Shown: piece after piece, positions 1 through 11,288 of the stretch
Numbering within the stretch: position 1 is the stretch's first letter
Layout of the letters: each line of letters begins with the position of its first letter
Assembly (NCBI GenBank): GCA_020184695.1
Contig: JAANOX010000064.1
Coordinates: forward strand, 1-64,000
Length of the DNA: 64,000 nt
From: Histomonas meleagridis 2922-C6/04-290x
Taxonomy: Eukaryota; Protista; Parabasalia
Direction: 5' to 3'
The notes under the pieces: model-generated
The model's database searches: none
What the model was told of the DNA's origin: nothing
Seen by the model: the letters and a program-made list of their open reading frames with translations, nothing else
Program-made: the position numbers and the translations under genes

Positions 1-295
1 AGGAATTCGTGGCGAATGTAATTAAATTCTTATATATATTGGATTTAGTCATTTTTACATATAGTGACATGATTTAATAAATTTCAAAATGTATATGCGC
101 CATATAAAACCTGATATTTGAATAAAAACATATTAATACCACCAAAATATACTCATAGTACGTACCAATATTAATTGATAACCCCACTGAATTTTCTTTA
201 TTTCCATCTGGATGATCATCAAACATTCCAACAATTATCGTAACGCTAAACACCAAAAAATTTTGATCAATTCGCAAAATAAAATTAATCATTTT

Positions 296-2257
296 TTACT
301 GTCCTTTTTCCGCTCTTTCCTTGAGTCTCATTTGCTCGAATTCTTCCGCCGTCACCTTACCGGGCTCTACGCTCAAGCTCTTTGCGTACAGTTCGCTTTC
401 GTCGTGCGGCCACAATTTCCGACAACTTTTCTTGTATTTGCTCTATCACCACGAAGTTGAATTGTTTTGATTTGGAAGTCTTTGTATCTTATCGAGTCAG
501 CTTGAATATGCCTATGCACTTATTGTAGTTGACCAAATCGTCGATGTAATCCTTTATTACCATCATAGAAGAGAGAAAGGAAGTCAATTCGTGTCGAAGT
601 AAACGCCAATGTATGGAAGACACGGACCACTCTTTTTGTCCTTCGTCATGAATGTTACGAATCTTTGCAGAAGTTATCATCGCTCTTTTATCGCGTCGAG
701 GATTTCGTGAATTGGCCCCATCACGCATTTTTCTGGCAATGACTCTAAGTGATGCTTTAACCTAAAGATCGCGTTCGAGTTCATTGCCGTCGCTATAGCT
801 ATGCCGTCCAAGTAATCGTGTAGTTGCCATAACTCTTTAGCTAATTGCGAAAAGAACTTAAACGCTTCTAAACGCGAATCAATTGTTTCCGAATATAATA
901 TGTTATATTGGACCCAATCTGCAATGACATTAAAGTTATTAGTTAACGCAACAACATTCGGTGAGCGATGTCGAATGCTCGGCTTGCTCCATGCGCAATC
1001 CAATAATTCTTTTGGTGTGATCGAATAGTAATACTTCGCACTGGACATTACGATTTGTCGCGCTAGAACACTGACATCTAATGACATTAAAGTGAATTGC
1101 GACAAAAATAATTTCTCCGGAATTTTAACATTACTTAAGTCGAATTTGGAATGCGATAAGAAGTCATCGCTCGATTTTCCTTCGATTTGCTTTTGAAGAA
1201 CATTCAACATACGCTTTTGTGATGTCTGTCGACGAGTATTAATGGTGGAAAGCCATTGCGTTAAGTTTTGGAGTAAAGCGGCATCGAAATCGAAGAACGA
1301 TGTTTCGATCCATTTTTCCACTAACACAACAAATTGTAGCTCATCTTTGTCTTTGTCAGTGTCTTTCTTAGGGCGGCTCGATTGAGCTATGAGTGGCCAT
1401 GCTTCTTGAAGTTTTTGTAACATTTGAAATGATGACATATATCCATGATATGTCATCGTGAAAATTTCAACATACGATGGGCTAAGTTTGGGATAAAATC
1501 GACTCGCAGCAACCCATACAAGCTGATTGATGGTGCCTTTGGAGGGCATTTGTGTATCTTCATCAAACTCAATTGACTCTAAATCTTCGAGCTTTTCTTG
1601 ATTTAATGGTTGGGATTCGGTCGTTTGCCCACCAACAACACCTAAAACGGCACTGGTTTGTTGACGTAACTGTTTTTGAACAGCTTCAATTTCAGTGGGA
1701 TAAGATGGCGATGGCAAAAGTAAATTCCAGAAACGATCGGCATTAAGAACACCACGCTCAAGATGATGAAGAAGTTGGGAATATTCATGATGATCAGGTG
1801 TATATATTGGGAATTCAAATGAGTCAGTAAGGGCTGAAGCTGTTTGAGTTAGACCTAAAAGTTCGAGGTGTTGAAGGATAAGTGATAATATACCTTCTTG
1901 AGGATAAAGACGACGATCTGGTAAATAAAGCGATGAAAAGGTTGCAGCCCGAGTAATTGGATCAACCCTGTTAACCATATCTCTAATTTCAGGATGACGT
2001 CGAAACAATTCAATTTCCCAATATGATCTATCATACTCTGATTCAGCACGCTTGGAATTAAGACTATCAAACTCAGTAGATACTGGAAATGGTTCAGAAC
2101 TTATGGATATTACTTCGCGTGGTTGAGTTAATACTTTTGATTTAAAAACAAATGGTGGTATCTTTGAAGCATCTGCTGAAATTTCTTCACTGTTTTCTAC
2201 TTCAGATTTCTTGGATTTATGTGAATGACTTTTATGATGGCTTTTCTGAGTGCTCAT
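296..2257 (-). CDS. RasGEF (LisH-like + REM + CDC25 domain) protein; 3' end broken by many +1 frameshifts
   Basis: The ORF 677..2257 has REM-like (YVEIFTMTYHGY) and CDC25-like (LARQI, ITPKELLDCAW, VVALTNNFN, AIFRLKHH) motifs. The missing C-terminus is recoverable in shifting frames: KSDDNFCK / IRNIHDEGQK / SGPCLPYIGVY / HELT / YDGNK / DYIDDLVNYNKC / LDKIQR / QFNFVVIEQIQEKLSE / LWPHDESELYAKSLSVEP...EKGQ, with stop TAA at 298-296. Confidence 0.85.
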
Positions 2258-2568
2258 TTTTATGAATCTATATGAGACATGTTATATGAAATATAGATAA
2301 AAAAAAAGAAGAAACTTGAAAACGCGTTTTTTATAGACTATTTAAATAATATTTTCCCCATATTTGGTTTCATAATAAGATGCAAATGATTATAAAATTT
2401 CAAATTTTAATTTTTAATAAATCAATAAAGTTATATTTTTGTTCCAAGTAGATTTGACAATTTTTGAGTTGTATCGCACTATAACGTTTTCAAATGGATG
2501 AAATTATTCTATGATTTATCAAAAAGTTATTAAGTTCCTCCAATTCGTTGGCGGTTATTTTTAGCCAA

Positions 2569-3588
2569 ATGAAACTTTGCTTAAGAATTAACTCAGCATC
2601 CAATCTTCCAAGGAAAAATCCACTTGACACAATAGATTCTTATGTTGCTGTTGATTTAAATTCAAAGCAAAATATTACACAATCAAGAGTAATTGATAAC
2701 GAAATTAATCCCTTTTGGAATCAAATTTTAGTTATTCGTCTTGATCCTAATGAGGAAATAAAAGTGTTACGTTTCCGGGTACGTAACTGTAATGTTTTTG
2801 GTGAAGATTCTGATATCGGCAACTGTGAATTAACAGATTTAAATTTAAAAATGTATGAAATTGTTGAAAATAGCTTAACATTAAATCTTACAGAGGAAGG
2901 TAGCACAGAAAGTAAGATTAATTTTGATTTACAATATGCACCTATTAAACATGATCCTTTTAAACCAGAAGGCTCACCGGAACAACCGCCTCAAAACGTA
3001 GAAATCAGTCTTATCCATGAAAATTCCATAGACCCAGCGAATTTTGGTTTCTTTCCACATCGGAACTTATTTGATTTTAATGGGAACAACAATTCTTTTG
3101 TACCACCACCTCCTTTCCACGGTAATCGTGGTTTTGTTGGAGGTGGGCTTAATGGTTTTAGTTCTTCTTCATTTAATAATAATCGATTTCAATTTAATAA
3201 CTTTCCTCCTAACCCTCCTAATAGATTGGGCACTGGTTTTGGAACAACATTTACAGGTACATCAAGAAATTCTACATTGAATCCAAATAATTTTAATTTT
3301 AATTTCAATCCTGTCAGAAATACAAATTCTCCAAACTGGGCTCCTTTCCCTCCACCTCCAGGGCCAGCTCGGTCGTCTTCGAGTGAAGATGAATCAGATG
3401 ATGATAGCGATCAAATACAAAGTTGGAGACCTCCAACAAGCACAAGAAGATTCCAAACAGGGGAGCCTAAGTTTAAAACGACAGAGTCATCCGAATTAGA
3501 AGATGATGATGAAGACGGTGATTCTTCTGATGATGATTATAATTATGTAGATGACGACAATTCTGATGATGACGATGGTTACGACTAG
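2569..3588 (+). CDS. C2 domain protein with N/P/F-rich and acidic low-complexity C-terminus
   Basis: N-terminal C2 motifs (LRINSASNLP, DSYVAV, SRVIDNEINPFWNQ, LRFRVRNCNVFGEDSDIG). First ATG is at 2569; the track start at 2548 is TTG. Confidence 0.85.
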   Translation: MKLCLRINSASNLPRKNPLDTIDSYVAVDLNSKQNITQSRVIDNEINPFWNQILVIRLDPNEEIKVLRFRVRNCNVFGEDSDIGNCELTDLNLKMYEIVENSLTLNLTEEGSTESKINFDLQYAPIKHDPFKPEGSPEQPPQNVEISLIHENSIDPANFGFFPHRNLFDFNGNNNSFVPPPPFHGNRGFVGGGLNGFSSSSFNNNRFQFNNFPPNPPNRLGTGFGTTFTGTSRNSTLNPNNFNFNFNPVRNTNSPNWAPFPPPPGPARSSSSEDESDDDSDQIQSWRPPTSTRRFQTGEPKFKTTESSELEDDDEDGDSSDDDYNYVDDDNSDDDDGYD

Positions 3589-3862
3589 ATATTCTACTCA
3601 TTTTATGTTATATAATAAAAATACTTAAAAATTATAAATTTTGGATAGAGTACATGCCGATCAAAACCGTTTCTAATGTTTTTTTTTGTGATTTAAATTT
3701 TCTTTTTTGTATTTGGTGTTGTATTTTAATTGCATTTAGCCTTAAGCTACCTGCCAAAATCGTAATTCCCAAAAAAAAAATTCAAAATTTCAAAATATTT
3801 TTAAATTTATACGGAAATTGTTCATTTTTCCCCATTTCTTTTTTACTAAATTTTCAAATTTA

Positions 3863-4720
3863 TTAATCAATTTCTTCGACTAGAGGCTCTCCAGCCAAAA
3901 CTGGATGAAAATTCGAGATATGTTCTTTGATTATTTGAATCAAAACATCTGGGTTGGCTAAGTGTGGATGGTGTCCGCCCTTTTCTATCTTAATATATTT
4001 TGCACCTTTGATCATTTTCTGAGGTATTGCTGTAGCCTCAAATTTGAATGCCCAATCTGTCGGTTGAACGATAAGAATTCTATCGGCCGATAGCTTGGGA
4101 AGGGGTGCCCTGGGCGCTTTGGCACGCATGTGGATTCGAGCACTGACGACAGAGCTTGGCAAACTCTTGATTTCATTTATAATGAATTTGGTGGATTCTT
4201 CAAGGTCTTTTGGTAAATTCCCTCTGGATACTTCATCAATTAAATCGCCTTTTCCTGTTAAAGCAGTAAAGAAACTAACTGAATGATTGAATAACTTGGT
4301 CTCCATATAGCTAGCTATTAATGTAAGTGAAATAATTTCTGCTGAAAGAGAATGAAAAGATGTAAGATGTAAGGCTAAAAATCCACCAAAGCCAAACCCA
4401 ACGAGATGGACTTTGGAAATCATTTTTGATGCAGTAAGAAGATCAAAACCTGTAAGAAATTGAGAAACTGATTCGTATGGAGGTATGCTGATAATTAGAA
4501 CACGATACCCAGACTTGATTAAACCATCGCCAATAATGTACATTGAATTTGTTGTGTCATATATTCCTGATATTATTATAACTGCTTCATCTCTTTCAAC
4601 TGGTCCTCCTTGTCGAAACTCCCATGAAACATTATTGATAGTATCAACAAATTGTTGCACTGGGGCATTGCAAGAAAAGTTTATGAATTCCGAACTACTT
4701 AAGTTTAGTTCGTGAGACAT
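3863..4720 (-). CDS. Maspardin (SPG21)-like alpha/beta-hydrolase fold protein
   Basis: Motifs GYRVLIISIPPY, KVHLVGFGFGGFLA and KGGHHPHLANPD match the maspardin layout as recalled. The usual GxSxG nucleophile position reads GFGFG. Confidence 0.75.
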   Translation of the reverse strand: MSHELNLSSSEFINFSCNAPVQQFVDTINNVSWEFRQGGPVERDEAVIIISGIYDTTNSMYIIGDGLIKSGYRVLIISIPPYESVSQFLTGFDLLTASKMISKVHLVGFGFGGFLALHLTSFHSLSAEIISLTLIASYMETKLFNHSVSFFTALTGKGDLIDEVSRGNLPKDLEESTKFIINEIKSLPSSVVSARIHMRAKAPRAPLPKLSADRILIVQPTDWAFKFEATAIPQKMIKGAKYIKIEKGGHHPHLANPDVLIQIIKEHISNFHPVLAGEPLVEEID

Positions 4721-4947
4721 TTTGTGCAAGCAACATTAGGGCACCCTAATTACAAACGGTCAATTTCAATCTTTTCTTCTTCTTACAGATGATTTAATAT
4801 TCCATTATCATATTGACTTTAAGAATTGGCATGTTATATTCTAAGTGAAAAAAATAATAATGTTTCAATAGCCACAAGTTGGAAAAGCAACTTAAAATCT
4901 TCATTTTTAATTTCAATTAAAAGTTCACAAAAAGTGCGCTCGACCAA

Positions 4948-5739
4948 ATGGGAAAAGGAAATCGGTATAGAGGAAGAGGAAAAAAGAGGTTTGATCATGA
5001 AGGTTCAGGAAACTATAAAGCGGACTTTCCGGTGCGTCTTGCCATGTGGGACTTTGGTCAATGTGATCCAAAAAGATGCTCTGGAATCAAGCTAAAACGT
5101 CTTGGTTATATTCGTGTTCTTAACATTAGAGATACATTCCACGGTCTTGTTCTTTCACCAATTGGAACCCAAGTTATTTCTCCTGAAGATAAAGAACTTA
5201 TGCTCACTTCAGGTCTTGCAGTTGTTGACTGTTCCTGGAAGCAAATTGACCACACAGATGTAGCTCAAATCAAAGCCAGACATCACAGAATTTTACCATA
5301 TTTGGTTGCAGCAAATACAGTTAACTATGGAAAACCATGGAGACTTAACTGCGCAGAAGCTTTAGCTGCTTGTTTGACTATTTTTGGCATGAGAGATGCT
5401 GCTGCTGAGTTGCTTAACCAATTCAAATGGGGACATTCCTTCTTCGAAATGAATGATTTCCTTTTAGAAAGATATGCGCAATGTCAAAGCGCTGAAGAAA
5501 TGATAGCAATTCAAGAGGAAACATTAAAGCAACTCAAACAGCAGGACGAGGAAGAGGATGACCACGAATGGGATCCACTGGTTGATGGGAATCCAAACCG
5601 CCCAAGAGTTGTTGAAGAAGAGGAGAACGAAGAAGAGGAAAATGAAGAGCATAAGCCAGAAGAAGAGGCAAATGAAGAGCATAAGCCTGAAGAAGAGGCA
5701 AATGAAGAACAAAAACCCGAAGAAGAGGCAAATGAATGA
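4948..5739 (+). CDS. TSR3: 18S rRNA aminocarboxypropyltransferase Tsr3
   Basis: Contains LAMWDFGQCDPKRCSG, VVDCSW, RILPYLVAANTVNYGKPWRLNCAEALAA and FKWGHSF, followed by an acidic tail. Confidence 0.97.
   Translation: MGKGNRYRGRGKKRFDHEGSGNYKADFPVRLAMWDFGQCDPKRCSGIKLKRLGYIRVLNIRDTFHGLVLSPIGTQVISPEDKELMLTSGLAVVDCSWKQIDHTDVAQIKARHHRILPYLVAANTVNYGKPWRLNCAEALAACLTIFGMRDAAAELLNQFKWGHSFFEMNDFLLERYAQCQSAEEMIAIQEETLKQLKQQDEEEDDHEWDPLVDGNPNRPRVVEEEENEEEENEEHKPEEEANEEHKPEEEANEEQKPEEEANE
5641..5736 (+). repeat. 30-bp coding tandem repeat (NEEHKPEEEA x3) at the TSR3 C-terminus
   Basis: The unit aatgaagagcataagccagaagaagaggca recurs three times with few substitutions. Confidence 0.9.
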
Positions 5740-6548
5740 AGTTTGGAATGTAAGCTAAATAAAATTTTGGAATTTACTAGAAAAAAGTCATGAAAATTGT
5801 TTTTTATTTATTTTAATTTTTTTAAAGGATACTAAAAGTAATATTATTAAAATTTGGTCTATTTTAGTCTTTAAATATCTTTCTTATGAGTTTTAGGTTT
5901 TTTAATTAGAAAATTCCATTATAGTAATGGATAAATTACAGTATATATAAATTTAATATTATTAATTAATTCTTATATGAAACTGTGATAATAACATGTT
6001 ATAGTTTGAGGTTTTAGTTTATATTAAATATTTTGATATTCAATATTATAAAATATTATTTTATAAAAGATATCTTGTCACAAAATAAATCTTATTCAAT
6101 ACGAATTGAAATTTTTTCGATAAATTTTTCTAATTGCTTAATGGAGGATTAAGAAAAATAATATGAATAAATAAAGGTCTAAAATTTCAAATAAAAATTA
6201 TGAATGATATTATTTATTTTAAAGATGTCATCATATTTCGATTACATCAATATCAAAATATCTAATTAAATACATGATTGAAAAAAATCATCATTTATTA
6301 CGACTTTCAAACAAAAATTTATATTATTTAAAGATCAGTATCTACTTTGATGAATTTTAAACCTCTTATTTTATTCGATAAAATGGTGATATTTAAGAAT
6401 CAATTCAACCATATGTCTAAAAAACAAATTGAGATCAAATAAGATAGTTAACTTAACACATTTTGTCAGATATTATCTTCATGTCAATCCTATTAAAACA
6501 TTAAAAAATAAGTAATAAAACACATATTTATTATAATATATTTTCTAT

Positions 6549-9500
6549 TTAAGCATGAAAGAAATCCAAAAACTTTGCTATTTCATTATCTATTTTTTGA
6601 GGAGTATCAAAATTACTAAACATACTTTTAATTACGTTTGTAATATCTTCTCTTCTTTTCTGGTTTAAATTTGTGAACAGCACTATAATGTCCATATCAA
6701 TAATTTTACTTACGGGGAATTGCTGACTTCTAAACGCGATATGATCACATTTTGTAAGTTCGAAGAACAAATTTGAAATTTCCATTTCCAACACCTTTAA
6801 TAATTTCATTATTCCATTATTATTGTTATTATATTGGGTCATATCTAAGAATTGTCCGATTCCACCGCCGATTGTTATATAACTATAACTTGGGAAAGCA
6901 CTTAAAACTTGTGTAATTCCAGTAACAATATCACCGGTATTAAAATTCCATATTAAATTTAACTTTTGTTGTGAATTAAAAATCCTTGAATCGAGGTTAA
7001 CATCTTTTAGATAATAATTATCAGGTAAAACAAATATATTTCCGAGGTTATCACTTGCGATTAATTTTATTTGATTCTTCGGAGCGATTATTGTTTTCAT
7101 TGTAATAATATTTCGAACACAACCTTCTTCAGCTAAAGAAATAACATTATTATCACTACAATTATAAAAAAAATGTGATACCGAACGTTGTTTATCACCA
7201 ACAAATATATTAATCATATTATGTTGTGAGATAGTGACTAATGATGATATATATGAACCGATATTTTCGATTTTACTAATAAGTTGTAATGTATTATTAG
7301 TCCGGATATATACTAAGATAAAATTACTACATGCTACAAAGATAATTACTTCGATTGCTTCTTTCTTTTTGGTTGTACAACATGAAATAGCTGAGATATG
7401 ATAATGATATGAAACTGATACTGATGAAAATGGTTGAATCAAATCTTTATGATCACGTGGACAAAAGTTTGTCGCTTTTAATACATAACTTCGAGATTTC
7501 GTATTTGGATTTCGTAATACTATTAATGCACAACTAAATTCATCATGACTAACACAAAAATTGGTGATTTGTTCAGATTCAAATGCATTATCTGGAGTAC
7601 AAGCACATTCATAAGGAGGATTTTTAGAGAAATCAACTAATGATAAACTGTGCGTTTTAACTATTAATATTCGTTGACTTGAATTTAATCCATCGTGTTT
7701 AAAAAAATGAAATCCAACAATAGGTGAAATAGGTTTTTTATGTGGTCTAAAGATATCATCTATATCTGGATAAGAAGAAATATTAATTTCATTTATGAAA
7801 TCAAATTCATAAATACTAAGTGTGTTACCTTGAATAGCTAAAAATCTCGAATAAATGTTATTATGAGGGTTATTATCGATAGAAAAAGGATATAATATAA
7901 AAGCTGCTGAATCAATATTAATTTGTGATAAGGATACTCGATCAGGTTTTTTATAATTAACAAACCAAGTTTTATTACATGTTATTATTGCTGCATGTAA
8001 ATATTTTTGGGTTAATGTTTGTTCATCAATTCTTGTAGGGATTTTAAATAATATTGGGCCTTTCCCTAATATATAATATTGTAAAATTTCAAATGATTTC
8101 GTAGTTGTATTTATATTTGCAATTAATAAAGTATCAATTAAACCAATTAATAATCTTGAAGGTAAATTTTCAGTATCATCATTCGAGTTACGTGGTCTAC
8201 ATTGTATAAAGCCTAATGAATAAACAGGTGATTTCATTTCCCTTTCGATTAACATTTCACGACGTGCATCATCATTAGTTAATGTTATCACTCGTACATA
8301 ATATGCTGAACTTAATTGATTATTAGTTAATTGTTGGCGATTTACAGTACCTAAAACTAAACAATCTAAATCATAATATTTATTTTGTGGCATTGTTATA
8401 CATACTGCAGTAATTTTATGATTCAAAGAAAAGTTATAACTTTGAGCTTGACTTTGCATTACAAAAAATTTCGAAATTTCATCAGATTCAACACAAATTA
8501 AATAATTAACGGAAGATGCTGTTAAACTAGTTTTCGTTTCCCATGTACGTTTTTGTGATAACTCACACATATAATTACTTGTTATATGTATTGTATTAAC
8601 TTTCCCTTTATGAATTAGTTGTTCTAATCCGATTGTTGGTCCTGTTGCATTACTAACATTTGGAGGTAATTCTTCTAATCGTCCATGGTTAAATGTGAAA
8701 AATACATTCCCTGAAGGAAATGATAGTACAAAATATGAAAAATCAGGCGTTGCAAACATTCCTTTTGGACATTCTCGAAATTCTTTTTGATCCAGAACTC
8801 GTGCACAATGTCCTAAATTTACAAATATTAAAGATGAATATGTATGTGAGATTAATCTATTCGTAAATAATTCTTGGTCATTCTTTTGTATTTGATATGA
8901 TTCTAATGAACGTGTTCCTATAGTACGCTTTAATCCAGGCATAGGTTTCTTCGTTTGAATATTATAAATTATTGGATATGTAGACTTATTAACTAATAAG
9001 AAAAATGGTTCTTTAATACAAAAAAATCGAATGATACCAATGTGCGCAAGAGGAATTGGAATTTGGTCAACTCGAAAATTCCCAAAATAATTGTCCTGAT
9101 TTTGATATATCCGTAAAAATATTCTATCAAACATTAATATGATGGAATTATCTTGCAATGTATAATATAACGTTGATGTAAACGCAAAACCTTTCGAAAT
9201 AATTTCAGGTGGTAATGTAATATCATATGTTTCATTGGTCCTTAGAGAAACAAAATGAATTTGCAATGAATCTTTGGAAAAAAAAATTAAAACTTCTGGA
9301 TTTAATGGGACTGCAAAATCACATTTATATAAAACCTCTTGTATTTTTTGAAATGGTGATAACGAATATAAACATAACTTTTCATTGCTTTCCATCCTGC
9401 CGATTAAATTGCCTGAAATGGGAATTGTTTGAATAGACATATATGAAGGTTTTTCACAAAAAATTAGATTAATAGGGTAATGGGAAACATCAAACCCACA

Positions 9501-9938
9501 AAAGCCTCCATGGCAACATGAAAGAATAAGAATATTTGTGCTTGATGAATAATAAATAAAATCTGGCGAATGACATAAATCAGGTAGTTTTATTTGATCA
9601 ACAGCAACAAAAATATTTTCCTCTGGTTTGTGTACAAATCTAATAACATCTTTAGGTCGCGCTGCATAAAAAGTATCAATATCATAATTTTGTTCTTTAT
9701 ATAATGGTCCTTTGCAAATATAAGAAACTTTGGACATAAAGGGTTGGCTGTATATATGTATTATCCTTAGAATATCATTTTGAATGTATGGTTGATAGAC
9801 TTCAAATGTTGTATTTAAGTTAAAAATATATGTTTCGCGCAAATTATTTGCTTTGCAATAAAACTTGCCTGAAAGTACATTGGTGAGGTTAAATGGCCAT
9901 TGGATTGTTGTGTGAATATATGTTTCCCTTCCAGACAT
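6549..9938 (-). CDS. Divergent SF3B3/RSE1-like (DDB1/CPSF1 family) beta-propeller protein
   Basis: 1129-aa beta-rich ORF. C-terminal motifs IFVGDKQRSV, IASDNLGNIFVL, FNTGDIVT and FRSQQFPVSKIIDMD resemble the CPSF_A-type C-terminus, closest to SF3B3 as recalled. Confidence 0.65.
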   Translation of the reverse strand: MSGRETYIHTTIQWPFNLTNVLSGKFYCKANNLRETYIFNLNTTFEVYQPYIQNDILRIIHIYSQPFMSKVSYICKGPLYKEQNYDIDTFYAARPKDVIRFVHKPEENIFVAVDQIKLPDLCHSPDFIYYSSSTNILILSCCHGGFCGFDVSHYPINLIFCEKPSYMSIQTIPISGNLIGRMESNEKLCLYSLSPFQKIQEVLYKCDFAVPLNPEVLIFFSKDSLQIHFVSLRTNETYDITLPPEIISKGFAFTSTLYYTLQDNSIILMFDRIFLRIYQNQDNYFGNFRVDQIPIPLAHIGIIRFFCIKEPFFLLVNKSTYPIIYNIQTKKPMPGLKRTIGTRSLESYQIQKNDQELFTNRLISHTYSSLIFVNLGHCARVLDQKEFRECPKGMFATPDFSYFVLSFPSGNVFFTFNHGRLEELPPNVSNATGPTIGLEQLIHKGKVNTIHITSNYMCELSQKRTWETKTSLTASSVNYLICVESDEISKFFVMQSQAQSYNFSLNHKITAVCITMPQNKYYDLDCLVLGTVNRQQLTNNQLSSAYYVRVITLTNDDARREMLIEREMKSPVYSLGFIQCRPRNSNDDTENLPSRLLIGLIDTLLIANINTTTKSFEILQYYILGKGPILFKIPTRIDEQTLTQKYLHAAIITCNKTWFVNYKKPDRVSLSQINIDSAAFILYPFSIDNNPHNNIYSRFLAIQGNTLSIYEFDFINEINISSYPDIDDIFRPHKKPISPIVGFHFFKHDGLNSSQRILIVKTHSLSLVDFSKNPPYECACTPDNAFESEQITNFCVSHDEFSCALIVLRNPNTKSRSYVLKATNFCPRDHKDLIQPFSSVSVSYHYHISAISCCTTKKKEAIEVIIFVACSNFILVYIRTNNTLQLISKIENIGSYISSLVTISQHNMINIFVGDKQRSVSHFFYNCSDNNVISLAEEGCVRNIITMKTIIAPKNQIKLIASDNLGNIFVLPDNYYLKDVNLDSRIFNSQQKLNLIWNFNTGDIVTGITQVLSAFPSYSYITIGGGIGQFLDMTQYNNNNNGIMKLLKVLEMEISNLFFELTKCDHIAFRSQQFPVSKIIDMDIIVLFTNLNQKRREDITNVIKSMFSNFDTPQKIDNEIAKFLDFFHA

Positions 9939-10166
9939 TTGGTTTGCTTGCTATGTATACAATTTAGTAATGAATCATCTCATAGAATATTTTAAATGAA
10001 AAATTGTATATTTTATTTGCGGTTCGACATTACCAAAAGCAGTTGTGTTTCAGGTTGTTGATTTGATTTAATTTAGAATTTTAATACACATTAAAGAATT
10101 TTAAAAGTAAAAAACACAAGCCTCTTATTAAAAAGTGAAACAATGAAAAATTTAGTATAAAACAAA

Positions 10167-11186
10167 TCATTTATTTCCATCAAAAGTAGTTTGGAAGAAA
10201 GTAAGAACATTGATTTTCCTTCTCATTGATACTAACTCCTTTTGAGACACATCTGCTTCATTGATTAAAGATGAAAGTTTATCTTTTTCTTCTTTAATGA
10301 ATGAAACACCTTTCTCCAAACAATTTTTCATCACAAATAAATAGTATTGAGCATTAGAAATTTCCTTCATCTTTTTTAAATATAATTGATTTTGCCCATT
10401 TTTAAAGAATTCTTCAACGATTAGATTTGCCTGTTCAATCAAACCTTCGCTTAGTTCTGTATTAATAATTTCTTTAGAAGTCCCACAATTTTCATTTATA
10501 AATTTAATGAGTAAATTTATTTTTCTCTTACCAGAATATATTAGAGGTTTTTTCTTATCTTTAATAAATAATCTAATATCTGGGAAAAAATTGATATCAT
10601 AATCACGAATAAATGTTCTGTATCTATCGGCATCTATTGATGCAAACTTAACGGTCTCTATGTCACTGAAAAGTCGAGCGAGGCGAGAAAACCGAGGAGC
10701 AAACCTTTTACAAGGGTTACACCATGGAGTATGAAAGAAAGTTAGAACACACTTATTTTGATGGATCATTTCATTAAATGTTCGACCATTTGGTGTGGAT
10801 GCTTGTTGATCAATTTTTTTTGGTGTAATTCCTGTTAAATTTGCCACCCAACTATTGATGCTTTCAAAAGAAAAACCACCATCATATTGATATACCGTAC
10901 TATTACAATAAAGTCGAATGCACGGAATATCAAATACATTTCTTTTCAAACACTCTCGCCTATATTTGCCACAATCGAGACCAGCAATACGAATAGAACT
11001 TATGTTCCTAAAAGATTTGGCAACAAGGTTATAATCTTCATATGAACGAACACTTTGCTCTTGATGGTGCGTAAAAAAGCGAACTAGTGTGCATCTCTGT
11101 TTTTTAATCTCTTCATCAAAATTTTTTTCTGTTAATGACATAAAATTATTTAGTTGACAAGATAGTGGAAAAAGAAAAGAAAGCAT
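10167..11186 (-). CDS. Protein disulfide isomerase family (two thioredoxin domains + ERp29-like C-terminal helical domain)
   Basis: Hydrophobic N-terminus. The second domain has FHTPWCNPCKRFAP; the first lacks CxxC at the active-site position (FFTHHQEQS). Helical C-terminal domain ends RRKINVLTFF. Confidence 0.85.
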   Translation of the reverse strand: MLSFLFPLSCQLNNFMSLTEKNFDEEIKKQRCTLVRFFTHHQEQSVRSYEDYNLVAKSFRNISSIRIAGLDCGKYRRECLKRNVFDIPCIRLYCNSTVYQYDGGFSFESINSWVANLTGITPKKIDQQASTPNGRTFNEMIHQNKCVLTFFHTPWCNPCKRFAPRFSRLARLFSDIETVKFASIDADRYRTFIRDYDINFFPDIRLFIKDKKKPLIYSGKRKINLLIKFINENCGTSKEIINTELSEGLIEQANLIVEEFFKNGQNQLYLKKMKEISNAQYYLFVMKNCLEKGVSFIKEEKDKLSSLINEADVSQKELVSMRRKINVLTFFQTTFDGNK

Positions 11187-11288
11187 TGCCTTAACGTTCT
11201 CTAAAATTTATGTAAACATGAAAATAATAAACGGTTTCCATAATCGTGAAACTGAGATAGAATTTCCCATGAAACATTAAGTGTTTAC

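Noticed and set aside
350-700. Programmed frameshifting in RasGEF
   Set aside because: There are too many closely spaced shifts and no slippery-site or structure pattern. Sequencing error is more parsimonious.
5740-6548. AT-rich interval after TSR3
   Set aside because: No ORF, repeat or RNA motif could be supported.
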